NCBI GenBank assembly: GCA_000934665.2
Contig: KZ537971.1
Span: 1 to 64,000 of the forward strand
DNA from: Catajapyx aquilonaris
Taxonomy: Eukaryota
Reading direction: 5' to 3'
Length of the DNA: 64,000 bases
Of the stretch, positions 1 to 12,400 are shown in pieces. The notes beneath the pieces are model-generated. The model saw only the letters and a program-made list of their open reading frames with translations, ran no database searches and was not told where the DNA came from. The position numbers and the translations under genes are program-made. Numbering within the stretch: position 1 is the first letter of the stretch; every line of letters starts with the position of its first letter.

Positions 1-519
1 GCAATTAGAGACAACTGGCATAGTGTACTAGAAAGATCGAGGAGAAAAATTCATTATAGGAACGTATATTTTGGTGGCTGATAAGGTCACTTGAATCGGG
101 ATGGCAGCAGATCAAACGAAAATGCTATTTTTCCCCCTGAAAAGTTGGAAAATGTGTCTTATTTATACAGTTTTGCCTTGATCCCCCTGGGGGAGTGTTG
201 CCCTGGTCGTGGCCATTGCCTCATCCGCCCCTCCCGCCCTCCTTCCCCGAATCACCCCAAATAAACACCTTTTCACACACACCAGACAACGCAACGCGCC
301 TCCCGACTCCCGCCCGTCTCCCAAGACCCCGACAGTGCGGCCATGGGACCCTGGGGCCGTGGGACCGCGACCGTGACCCGTGATAACAGTGCTGTGGATT
401 CCGGAATAGCGCCAAAAAAAACAACCGCGGTTACCTGGCAGCGCCCAGGATAGCCAACACATAAACACATAAGAAAATAAACAGTGACGACAATCTTTTT
501 GAACGTGATAGTACAGCCT

Positions 520-790
520 CACTGGTGAGCCTTGGAGAGCCGTGGAGAGCAGGGGGGAAAAACGCGCCTTTGTTCCTCATCACACAACGTAGTTTGCCTT
601 CGGCAGCCTCCTCGGCCCACCCTGGCTCTCCGCAGCTCTCCTTGGCTCTCTCCCGGCTCACCAACATGCTTATCAGTGAGTACACCGGCTCACCCATGGT
701 CTTACTGGCTCACCGATGCCACGGAGAGCCGAGGAGAGCCGCAATTCAAGAGAGTCGATGTACACTTTTTTGAAGAGTGACTAGCCCCTT
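520..790. repeat. Cluster of GGAGAGCC/GGTGAGCC motifs in both orientations, probably subterminal repeats of a DNA transposon
   Basis: ggtgagcc/ggagagcc copies at ~524-550 and ~723-741 face reverse-complement copies (ggctctcc/ggctcacc) at ~624-713; no paired termini were identified. Confidence 0.35.
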
Positions 791-1317
791 GGCTAAGAAG
801 ATGGTGACTAGTGATTCGTAGGTGCCCTACCTTCATGTTCACTGTTCAGTCCAGTTATAAAATGTCGGGGAAGAGGAGGGGGTTGACAAAGGTTCAGCGT
901 ATTGCTCCTGTCTGGGCAGATGGTCCAAAAGACCAGGCAAAATTAATAGCCTAAAAACCTGATATGGTAAAACGTAGTGTTTCAAATGGGTGGCTGGAAA
1001 GTTTCCAAAACAGGCACAGAATTTCACGGAAAAAAGTGTGTGGTGTGTGTGTGTGGTGGACTGATTTTGCACCATAATTATTGAAGGTAAGGTGCTCATT
1101 GTTTCTCTCCCCATTTTCCTCTGTTCTCACCAGCAAATAAACTTAGTAACATCCTTGATCAGAATATAGGGGAAACCTGTCCATTACGGAAAAATTTTAG
1201 GGTCCCATACGATTCCGTAATACACAGGTTTCACTGTAATTGGAAAATGTCAAGCACACATGCAACATCAATAATAACCTCTACCAGTTAAAAGAAATAT
1301 GCGAAAATGTTACTAAC

Positions 1318-3581
1318 AGATTCTGATATCTTCCTGATAACTCGAGAAAATCCAACATTTTGATGGAGTTCCTCTAAGTTCTTCTTGTGCTGGTCCTCTT
1401 CTACCTTTCTCCGATCAACTTGTGACTGAGTTTTGGACACCCTGATGAAACGCATTTTCTTATCTGACACCCTACTCTCCAGATAAGCCTTCGGAAAACG
1501 TTGCTTGGCTGTTTGAAATACCAACTTGCGCTGGAATGCATTGCTTGGAGGAAGGTCCAAGATTTTTTCTTCACTTGACATGAATTCCTCAATCTTCTTG
1601 CTGACCAGAAATAAAAAAGCAGCGCACATTACATCAGAAACATTATGGGGAAGGGAATTAAACATGCACCGTCTCAACACTTTATCATCAAATATGCATT
1701 TAACAGTAAATAACATAATCAAATACAGTAAAACTTCGATAAGTCGAACTTCCCTAAGTCGAAGTTCTCTATAAGTCGAAGAAAATGATGAGCTTGGTTG
1801 GTCACAATGTAAAATAATAGGAAATAAACTTCCCTAACTCGAAGTGCAGGCAAGGCCTTACGACGGGATATTGATGCATTTTCAGTCTCCCTAAGTCGAA
1901 GTTGGCGAGTACGGAAAATTTTCTCATTTCTCAGCCGAAGGGTCGAAAGTAGGGAACAGGTACAGAAAGGCTCATTTTCCTGACCTCCTTTTTTGCAACA
2001 AAACGAGGAACATTGTAATTGTGATAATGACAGTTATTTTTAAGTTTTGAACACCTTTCGTCGCTGGATATATGGAGATTCGACTTATAGAAGTTTTACT
2101 GTACAAAGGAAAAGCATGAAGATGGAAGATGGGGAAACCATACAAATTTTCTACAGGTCATGTGTAGCATTATAAATAACTACATCATGAAAGGAGTTAC
2201 ATTGCCTGGGCACACTCACATGACCACAACCACTAGTGCAGTAATAGAATCTCTGTTTGGGCATGAGGCCTTAGCAGAGGAGTGCATGACCTACAAGAAC
2301 AACCCAAGCATACAAAATACTGCACAGAAAATAATAAGTAATTTAATTTTGACCACTAAGCTACTGTATATGATCATATATTCCCAAATACTTTAAGCAC
2401 GTCCAATCAGAGTGTCACTCTATCACACTTCCTTCCACTACATTGCGAAGATCTGAGGGTCAATCACCAGTACTTCCCTGGCACATTCTTCTCCAAGTTG
2501 TGGGCTCCTACTTGGGCATTCCTTCACCACCAATCACAAGAACCCCGGCAAACACAGGATTTAATGTGCTCCTTATAATGAGTATAATTATAAGTTACAA
2601 CTGGCAAGTCAACTGAATGACACATCCAGAGGTAGGAATCAAATCTAAAAAATTTGCATTTTAAAGTATTTAGATATGTATGGTGTTATATGACATTAAG
2701 CTAGGTTTGTTGAGAAAACCAAAGTAACTACAAAGACTATGAGATGTGCTAGTTGTATGACCCAGATTCTTCAATTGAATTGCTATGCGCCCTTTTACTC
2801 ACTTGTGCCCCATGCATCAATCAGTTTAAATATAATGCAGTTTTTTAATGCTACTAAAGGCAACTGATAGTGACTGCCCACTAAAAGCAGATAAGTGCCA
2901 ACATTTTTCTAATTAATACGTTCATTCAACTTGAAAATACTACATGGGAATACTGCATAAGAGTCATGGAAATTATGAGAATCTTTCATAACTTACACGT
3001 AACATATCAATCACCAACGTAACTTTCATGGAAATTTGGAATAGTTCATGTCACAACCACTCACCATGTGCTCTCCACAAATTCAGTCTGCTCACTGGGA
3101 ATGGGTACATCAGAAGTGTCTCCATTCTGCTGTGGTGATGCCATCGCCTGCGCCATTCTCGACCTGTGCATATCCTTCATCATCTCCATCCTGTCCTGTT
3201 CTTCCTTAAGCGTTAAGTAAGGAATCCCCTCTCCAATTGCCCAATTAAAATTGAAGCCCTGAGAAATGAGAAACTCAAGGCTGGATGCTTGGCACATAAA
3301 CCTTCTGTCAGGTGCTCCTTTGGACACTTGCTTTGGAAAAACGTAAAAGTTGAAGCCACAATGGCTGTAACTGCCTGATGGCTCATGGTGAAAGGTAACC
3401 AAACCAAACTGGACCACTTGGAACTGAAGAGCTCCTGTGCGGAGGCGGTCATATCTCTCCTCTGCTGTGTCAAATGGTGATATTTTCTCCCCGTCATGCA
3501 GTCCAGTAAATTCCAAGTCAACAGCTAAAAAGGTGCATGACTCTATGGCCTTTTCCACATGAGGAAGCATCTCGTCAAAGT
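1318..3581 (-). CDS. PARN: Poly(A)-specific ribonuclease PARN, partial; exons 3581-3065 and 1600-1318
   Basis: DEDD nuclease motif 'FLAVDLEFTGL', plus 'FDTAEERY', 'QFGLVTF', 'FNFYVFP' and 'SSLEFLISQGFNFN', then an R3H-like segment 'NAFQRKLVFQT' and 'VGFSRVIRKISES'. Both exons have AG/GT boundaries with compatible phases. The short start-codon exon was not located, and downstream exons appear to lie left of the window. Confidence 0.9.
1726..2101. mobile_element. Tc1/mariner/pogo-type MITE in a PARN intron
   Basis: 23-bp TIRs, cagtaaaacttcgataagtcgaa and ttcgacttatagaagttttactg (one mismatch), flanked by TA on both sides; internal taagtcgaa repeats. Confidence 0.85.
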
Positions 3582-3890
3582 CTGCAATAGAAGATTTACA
3601 CTGTTGGTTACCAGTGTACTTTTGAGTCACGGCACATGTTTTAACTTGAGAGGCTAATGTACAGTGCAATCTGCAGAAGCACATTAACTATACTCAAGTC
3701 ACTCCACTTTTGCAAAAAATTTCCAAACTGAACAGATTTCTGCCATGCAATAGCAGAATCGCCCCATTTTGCTAAACATTTCCATATCATAGGCCTAATA
3801 CACAAGTTTCTGCTATACTGGTCAACTACAGGACCCCTGGACCACAGTAAGGCCAATTTTGTGTAATGCCATTTACAGATTTTCCCTTAA

Positions 3891-5340
3891 CCCAGTTATG
3901 CCGGGGAAAGGTTTTTGTTGAATTTTTGAACTTTTTTTGTTTGTATTAGTTCATATTAGTTCCCAAAACACAAAAATCGAGATTCAACCTTTTTCTGGCT
4001 GCTTGTTTGCGAGACAATGGCCGTTAGGCCTACCTATAATTATGGGATGATTGGAAAATGTAACCTAGTATGGCTATAACAGTTGTTGATTACATTACCA
4101 TGGCAACAGGTTGTGCAAAGAATGGGTTGTGATTGAGTAACAATCAACAACAATCAAGGATTGTTGCAACGGTTGCCATGTTAACCAATTGCCATGTAAT
4201 CTTGTCTTAATGGGGAAGTAGCCTTCATTTTGGAAACTATATAATAAATTCGCCCATATTTTTTGGATTTTTTTGGCATATTCCGCTTTAAGATATCAGT
4301 TTCAGTTCCGCGAGTAATTGGGGTTTTTATGTAGGCTAATGGTGACGTCGCTGTTAGCCTAGAAAATGTTGACGTCACGCGAAGTGAAATGAACGCAAAA
4401 ATGGTGTTATAGAACGCGCCCCGTCATTGTCGTAAAATGCTTCGCTGTTGTTAGCAACCGTCCCATTCCGTGAGCAAGATAGCGGCCGGGGCGCGTATTT
4501 ATTCCAGGTCGCTCAAGCCGCTTTGTACATGGCAGTGATGCCACCAGGTCGGAATTATCTGTCACCCGAATTCGGCACATGAAGGCCCCCTTTCTCCACC
4601 TCGAGGGCCTACAGCCGCCTTGCGAATGCTTTCCGTCGTGTCCGCGGTTAATTCAAAGTCAAATTCCTCATATCTCGCAGTCAACCAGGCATTTCAGTGT
4701 ACCATTTCGATTGGCACCACTCTGTTGCGCCTTTTTTCCCGCCAATTTTGAAGGCACTTTTAAATGTGCCGTAATTTATCCAGTAATGTCATTTTGATGC
4801 AACAAAGTGATGGAATGTATGTTTACAGGCATGGGCTAGCTAGTTATGAACAAAAATCCCAAATCCCAGACCAAGGCTACTTCCCCATTGTATGGATTTG
4901 TTAAAATACTGTTCAACAAAGCGTACAAAATCCACACACATACTTTACTTGTCCAAATCTGGGTGCATTTGCCTCTTGCATTCCCCAGAGGGGACACCAG
5001 ATTTCAACACTACTCTCAGACAAGGAAAGTAAAAAATATGCCTATTTTCCTGTCGACATCATCATTCGTAAGTTTTCTAAGTATTACAAACAATAAATAA
5101 CTCATAACATTAATCAATATTCGAGAATTAATTACGGAACATGAAGGTGCAGCCATTATTTCCTGAGTTTAAATTCAAACACCTGTATCTTAAAAACACT
5201 GAAGCAATATTTGAGCAGGTTTGAACTTGCATCGTTATCTGGGACTCTCCTGAAGCCCCCGTGACTATTGCCAGCTCTTTAGCAGCAGAAGAACCAGCGC
5301 AAAAAAATTAAAATATAACAACTCTGCAGGCATATCTGGG
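3891..5340. mobile_element. piggyBac-like non-autonomous element
   Basis: TTAA at 3887-3890 and 5341-5344; termini cccagttatgcc and ggcatatctggg match 11/12 as inverted repeats; no transposase ORF. Confidence 0.6.
4209..4889. mobile_element. ~680-bp MITE, copy 1, nested in the piggyBac-like element
   Basis: Perfect 17-bp TIRs aatggggaagtagcctt / aaggctacttccccatt; a homologous inverted copy lies at 50510-51208. Confidence 0.85.
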
Positions 5341-6464
5341 TTAAGAGTGCACCAATCCCTCAGTGTTCCCTTGCTTAATCCCATTTATGGGATCCATCCA
5401 AATTGCAAGTAGGACGTCTACTCTAGTCTACTCGAAGCCTTGTATTACCTAAATTAGAGTACACTGCTTGCAATCCCAGTACACTTGCAAGAGTACAATG
5501 TTCAGTATCCCAACAAGGTGTCAGTAAGTAGCATGAATGCCATGTGGCAAGTAAAGTGACTTGCGAGAGAGCATAATTTCCTTGGTGCCATACCCAACCT
5601 GTCCCTCTTGGTCCATGTTGCACCCTGCGGATTGCCCATTTGCGTTGGATATGGTCTGACATGTCCGGCCAGTTAACACAACTCAGTGGGGCCTGCCCTT
5701 GCTTGTCCCCACCAAACCAGCAGCTCCCACCCTCCTGCCCCATCATCGTTCCACATGCAATACGTACTTCCGATGCTGATGTCCATGTTTTGGTCCCTGC
5801 AGTGGTCCGGTGGTTAGAATGGGTTGTTTACCCAGGTGGTGACGCTTCTCCCGCGTGTTTGGTAGGCCCCGTTCCTTCCAATGATAAAAGCGACGGTTGA
5901 GGAGTGTCGTTGTGGGCAGATGGGTGGCGGGGTCTATCTATCTGTCACCCCTGGGCGAATCCATGCCCCTGATACCCTCCACCTGAGTCCAAGAAGAAGA
6001 GGAGGAGGAAAAAAGTGTCACCAAGTGTCACCCAAAACCTCAGCGTGCGTGGGGCTCGTGAAGCCAAGTCACGCAGCTGCTGCAAACAAGCCGCTTACTC
6101 CTTCGCTGCTACTGGCAGAAGCGATCGCAGCTAAGAGTCACACTCGGGAGGCTCATTTGAATATTTCGATCAAGGTTTCCCACCTACTGTCAGAGGGACT
6201 TCATCACTTGCAGGAGGTAGTGTGCGAGTTTCACTAGGGTACCTTGAGTAGCTCATAATCGTGTCAGTGTGATAAATAAAAGCCAAATAACTTTTATTGG
6301 GGGTTGGCACTACTCAGGCCACCTGTCGCCATGGAACATTCAACGTAAACATTCTTTGTCAATTTATTCCAATAACTAGTCATCCCGTTCGGACGTGTCT
6401 GCTGTCCGCAGACTTTAATTGATCTTCTTCGGCAAAATTTAAAGCACAAATAGTCACCACAAAG

Positions 6465-9400
6465 ATGTCTCAAACGGCTAATTTACAACCGCCTAGCGGC
6501 AATAACCGGCTAGTCATGACCACGATGGAGAATTTGCTGGATATGAGCATTGGCTACACGGACGTAAGTGGTCGCATTTTCATTTTCTTCCTGTCAACCA
6601 GCAATGACATTTTGTGCTCATTACAGCCTGGACTCGTCAACTTCACCATTCTGCGCACTTTGCTGGGAGAAATGCTGAAAGTTCTCCAGTTAGATCAGTA
6701 CAGGGTGCAGGTCATTGAAGATATCTTAATGGTGAGTATAACCCAGGCAAAAAGAGGAATAAACGATGAATCCAGAAATCAAAACCATTCGGATATGGTG
6801 CCAAATTGTTGCTGACATTGTTACGTCACCCATACCGCCTCTAGAAAAAGAAAAAAAAAGACGCCTCCCAATCACGCATTAGTGCTCCTCTGAAAATTGA
6901 TAGTAGCAATAGTGTTAAGGTGCGATGATCCGTAAATGGGACAACACAAGGGTAGGTAGGTAATTTGGTAAAACTGGAATAAGGCTTTGGCTGGATTCAG
7001 TGTTGCGAACTGTACTTTTCTGTTTTCTGAACTCCAAAATGGCTTTGTTTTTCTGGAAGGGCCCTCCTTCCCTTCAATTACTCCATGGAGATGCCCTTAC
7101 GCAGCAAAATTAGTAAACAGTGACAACAATAGGACACTCGCTTCTGTTAGCTAAGCACTTCTGAAATTTCTCGATTGTTGACACTGTTTATTCCTTTTGT
7201 TGACTATAACAGCTAATACGTACCCGAGCTATTAGACTAAACATGCATCAGTTATCGGGCAATGAAAGAGTGGAAAAGTAACAAAAACACAGTCATGTTA
7301 TTCTGCTGGCATTATGTAGCCTATACAGTACTAGTCATTATACACCCGTCAATGTGAATTTTACGTTCATATAATCATGCAGGATAGTGCACTGTCCACA
7401 GGTTCCCAGTTTGAGTGCTGTAGTCATCGAATGTTTAGTGCGGAAATACGTGTAGCCTATACCACCCTCTACAAAAAGCAATTTTTTATTCTAATTTAAT
7501 CTAGAGTTCATGAGCATCCCAGACACATTAATGGCTTTTTATAACTTTTCGCGGAAAGTATCCAAATATTACAAGAATCTATTCCTTTCTCAGTCGAAAT
7601 CAAAGTCAGTGTTGTAAAGTAACGCTCACATTTTTTGGAGAGTAAATACTTATCTAATCGTTTGCATATTTTTGTCATCATATATACAGTACCACTCGTT
7701 TTGGCAATGGCAAACGGCCCTCCCTTGAGAATGCCCTCCTGGAACTATTCTATTGTTGACATTGTTTATTCCTTCTGCTGCAAGATGGCATCTCCATTGA
7801 AATGTGGGAGGGCCTTTCCATTTCCAGGGGGGGGGGGGGNGGGGGGGGGATCCAAAGTGGCAGTAAGGAAACGGAAATTACCGAAAGGAAGCTTGTAGTG
7901 TGGACAAGGACTACATAATTATGTTGATAGCATGAATGTAATAATTCTGTAGCTTTTATCTCAATACCTTTATATTACCTACTCTTATTTTCTCCAGGCT
8001 TCTTCATTACCGAGTGATCCTAGGATGAAGCAGAGACAACAAGTAAGTTATGTGCACAAAAATGGAATAAATTATAGTAGGCTACTGAAATTATTCGTTG
8101 CAGGGCTTTGGACAGCCACAGCAAGAGTCGCAGGGATTTGTTGGTCAAGCTGAATACGCTCAGCAACATGGTGGTATCCCGCAACGTGCGTCTTCAGGCG
8201 TGCAAATTAAAAAACAAAGGTCGGGAGTGAGAGTGCCTCCAGGCCCTCCAGGCCCTCCCGGTCCACCCGGTCCACCTGGCCCACCTGGCTCACGGACCGC
8301 ACTGGGAGCGCCGCAGTATGGTCCTCCTGGTCCACCGGGAGCACCAGGGCAGCCTGGACAACCTGGTCCACCTGGACAACCTGGACAACCTGGACAACCT
8401 GGACAACCTGGACAACCTGGACAACCTCGACCGCCTGGATCATTAGAACCGGCTCAAACGTCATCTCAGCAGCTAAAGAGGGTACGTGTTAAGAAATCTA
8501 AACCGGGGCCTGCAGCTGAAGGGGCAGGTCAAGGACCAGACGATAAGCAGGAAGGTGCAGATACAGCCTCATCCGAGGGCATACAACCAACGGAGGCAGA
8601 AGAGGGAGGTCCCTCAGCACCAGGAGCCGCAGTTGGATCAAAACCATCCAAAAAATCTAAGAAACCGCGGAAAGAGGAACGGACAGAACTGGGAGAAGAA
8701 GCAGAACTGGGAGAAGAAGCAGAACTGGGAGAAGAAGCAGAACTGGGAGAAGAAGCGGAACAGGAACAAGAGGTACAGCAAGGAGAGCCACAACAATGGC
8801 AGCAACAACCACAGCAATGGCAGGAGGGGCAACAGCAACCCCAGCAATGGCAGGAAGGGCAACAGCAACCCCAGCAATGGCAGGAGGGGCAACAGCCGCA
8901 ACAATGGCAACAACCACAGCAATGGCAGGAGGGGCCACAGCAGTGGCAGGGACCTCCCCAACAGCAGCAATGGCAAGGACCTCCCCAGCAACAGCAGCAA
9001 TGGCAAGGACCTCCCCAGCAGCAGCAGCAATGGCAAGGACCTCCCCAGCAACAGCAGCAATGGCAGGGACCTCCCCAGCAGCAGCAGCAATGGCAGGGAC
9101 CTCCCCAGCAGCAGCAGCAGCAGTGGCAGGGACCTCCACAACAGTATGCGGAGGGACAACCAGGTCAGGAAGGAGCAGATCAGCAGCAGCAGGGACAGTG
9201 GACTCCACAGCAACAGCAACCCGAGCAAGGGGCTGCTGCGTCTGGAGCACCATTACCAGCGGTGACGGCCAAACCGTCCTCGAGGTCTCGACGGAAGGGG
9301 AAAGGAACTACCCAGCAGGCTCAGGCGCCGCAGGTCAGTTTCAAACATCAGTACACCACTAGCGCAGGCTATCATGGAGCGAAACTTATAACAGCAAAGC

Positions 9401-12400
9401 GCTCCATTTGCAAAGATCCTCCACCTGCCTTTAGCTCGGTTGCAAGAAAACGGGAACATAAATAATTCTCCCCTCCAGCAATGATGTCAAACCCGAATGA
9501 TTTCATCCCACCCGAGCATAAATTGAATTATTTGGTAGCTTGACCTTCTGGGATTTTGACGGGGACATCAGTACATGCCAGGATAGATATCATCCGTTTC
9601 AATGGTCGACATCTTCAAAACTGGGCATCGTCGACGTTGTGGACCCAAACAATGTTTATATTCCATATATGCATCCCCTAACACCAGTATAATTTTGGCA
9701 TATGAATTCACGAACATCCTGTATATTATTTCAATAGGCACACCTTGCAGAATTATAAAATCACACATGCTGTAGGCCTACCACAAAAATTTTAAATTAA
9801 TTTAGAATATACTGTCTTCAAACTTAAATATTAAATAAAGCCGGCCTGTTGTCTCGGTTTTCAGTCCTGGTAAATGAACATTTTACATGTCATTGCAAAG
9901 TACTGTACGTGCACAATAAGAGGGGTGCAGCATGTTGTCTTACCGTATTTGCCCATCCATTGCCACACTTTTGCACAATGAGTGCATGGTTTTTGTGCAT
10001 ATGCAAGGAGTACTCTTTCCGCGCACTTGAAAGGGGGGCAATTTTTTATATTACATACTGTATTAATTTAAAATTGCACGTTTAGCTGGCACTTAACTTA
10101 GTATATTATATTAAGAACCTACATTCCAATTAGCGAGAAAGAAACATATTAGCACGTGTTTTCTGGAAAAGACCTTTATTTGACATGCATAGAAAACATA
10201 TTTTCATTACAAAAGTGGCGATTTGGCTATAACACAGACCTCGGTTATAACATACTGATTTTCTCGGTCCCTTGAAGTCTGTTATATTCGGATTCAACTG
10301 TATAAACATCAGTGGTTTTTATATTCAAAATCCCAGATGGTCGAGCAACCTCTGAGACGCACTTGGCATGTGGCCTATGGCCAGTGTTGGGCAGGATCTA
10401 GATCAAATGATCTAGATCCTGGATCTAGATCCCAAACGGGTGATCTATGATCTGATCTAGGTACTTTAAAAACGGAGTATCTGTACTTGTATCTAGATAC
10501 TTTTTTCATGGGATCTATGATCTAAAGATCTGAATTTTCCAGATCATGTCTTTTTTTCGAAATGTTCCTGATGCTCAAGTCATCTTCAACAGATTATGTC
10601 AAGTCTAGGTAAAAAAGGGGACCGAAGATGGCAAGTCAATATATTATGTCAAAATTTGCAAGTTTATATTATTTTTTAAATCACTGAATGTATTTTTAAA
10701 AAGAACTGTGTAGGCCTGGCCTATTAATTGGATAAGTTTGTGTTTTTCAATTATACAAGTTCTCCTGTATTGTGTAATTCATGCTTGTCAAAATATAGAC
10801 TAATATGTATGGGACATGCTGGGAATTTCATGATTTATTGACTAGGCCTGTATGTTTCAACTATTTTGATGTCTGTGAAATTATTCTGTGTACTTATTAT
10901 AATATTTTCAATTGCAAGGTCATTATTTTTGACACATTCATCAATGGATCTTTTCTCAGTGTTGTCTCTTGCAATTTAGCAATATGCCCCTGGGGCGGGT
11001 GGCAGACAATATTCAAATTCCCTGTATCCCTCTTCACTTGAACTAAATTGCTAATTGACGTAAATCACTTTAGGTTGTGTGATCTGAAATCTGATCTAGA
11101 TCATACCTAGATCCTTTAGAATTGAGAGATCTGAACTGGGATCTAGGTACGAAAACGCTGAAGTATCTGGGATCTGATCTAGATACATTTTTGGGTGATC
11201 TTTCCCAACACTGCCTATGGCCTATGTGATTGATATCATATTGAGTTTAAAATGTTGACTGTGTGATGATCCAGGAGGGTGAGAGTGCTGAGGATCAGGA
11301 AGCGAAGCTTCGGTGGATGGAGCAGCAGCTGGAAGCCTTGAGTCACCTCCCGTCGGCCGATGATGCTGGTGGCCCGCCGGGATCCTTCCAGAAATTGGCC
11401 CCTGACAGCGACATGTGGCAGACCATGCAGATGAACACACGCCTCCAGACTGTCGAAACGGGATTACAGAAGGTATAGTTGGAAGCAACTCCTGGCGACA
11501 GCACAACTGACAACATGCCTTCATCCGGATCCGAATCCTTTTTTCAGATCACCTCAATCATCGAGGACTCGGTGAAAGATATTAATGCAGTCAAGGGCAG
11601 GATGAAGAAGATGGAGAAGGAGATGGGCATGGTTCAAGAACAAAGTGCACATAGTATGAAGGAAGTGGCTTCGGTGAAGGGAAAGTGTGACAACAACTGC
11701 ATCGGAATCAAGAAGACTGGCCAGAAGGCGAGTTGTCATTTTCTTTTTCTCGTATTTACGTGGTCTCTATTGCATGGGATATCAGCTGGGATTTATTGGT
11801 GAATAATTTCAAAATTCGTAACCATTTGTACTGCAATTTTGTAACCCTTCCAATTGCCAGCAGGGCGATCTGCCTCATTATCGAGAATATTTCAGATATT
11901 GAACTACTGTACTGTGTATGGTATACCTTTCAAAAACCAAAACCAAAAAACACCGCAATTACGAAAAAGCATATGATATCGAGACCGCTTGAGCACGGTT
12001 ACCAGTTTCTTTTGCAGTTATCCTGATGTATTGAGTGTCCTGTAAAGCCACATTACACAAAAATGGTTACATCTCGCCACAATATTATTTAAAATGTACA
12101 GCTAAGGATGAATTAAATCACTTATTTCACTTGACATCGCAGATGGAGGCAAGCATTCCTGTATTAGAAATTCGAATTCAGCAACTTGAACATAATTTGG
12201 ACCAAATAAGGAAAGACTACAAGGACATTTGCTTGGCTATGGCCGACGACGATGTTAGGAAGGAAGTACAGCGTGACGATTCGGGGATGAATCTGGATCG
12301 TCACAAATCGACAATTCTGGAGGACTTTGCCAGGAAGATGTCAGTGCAGGTGAGTCATATTTAAGTAGAGGGTCTATGCAGCTGGGTCATCCAAAATAGC

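Noticed and set aside
1160..1238. Isolated Tc1-like TIR ends here and at ~10235-10282
   Set aside because: Only one terminus is recognisable in each case, so no element boundaries can be supported.
4579..4797. ORF nearly identical to ORF 50602-50874, suggesting a duplicated small gene
   Set aside because: Both lie inside copies of the same MITE; there is no transposase motif or splice structure.
8207..9362. Long overlapping ORFs in other frames and on the minus strand (poly-L, poly-A/T, N/S-rich)
   Set aside because: They are shadows of the stop-free tandem repeats in the real exon 8104-9333.
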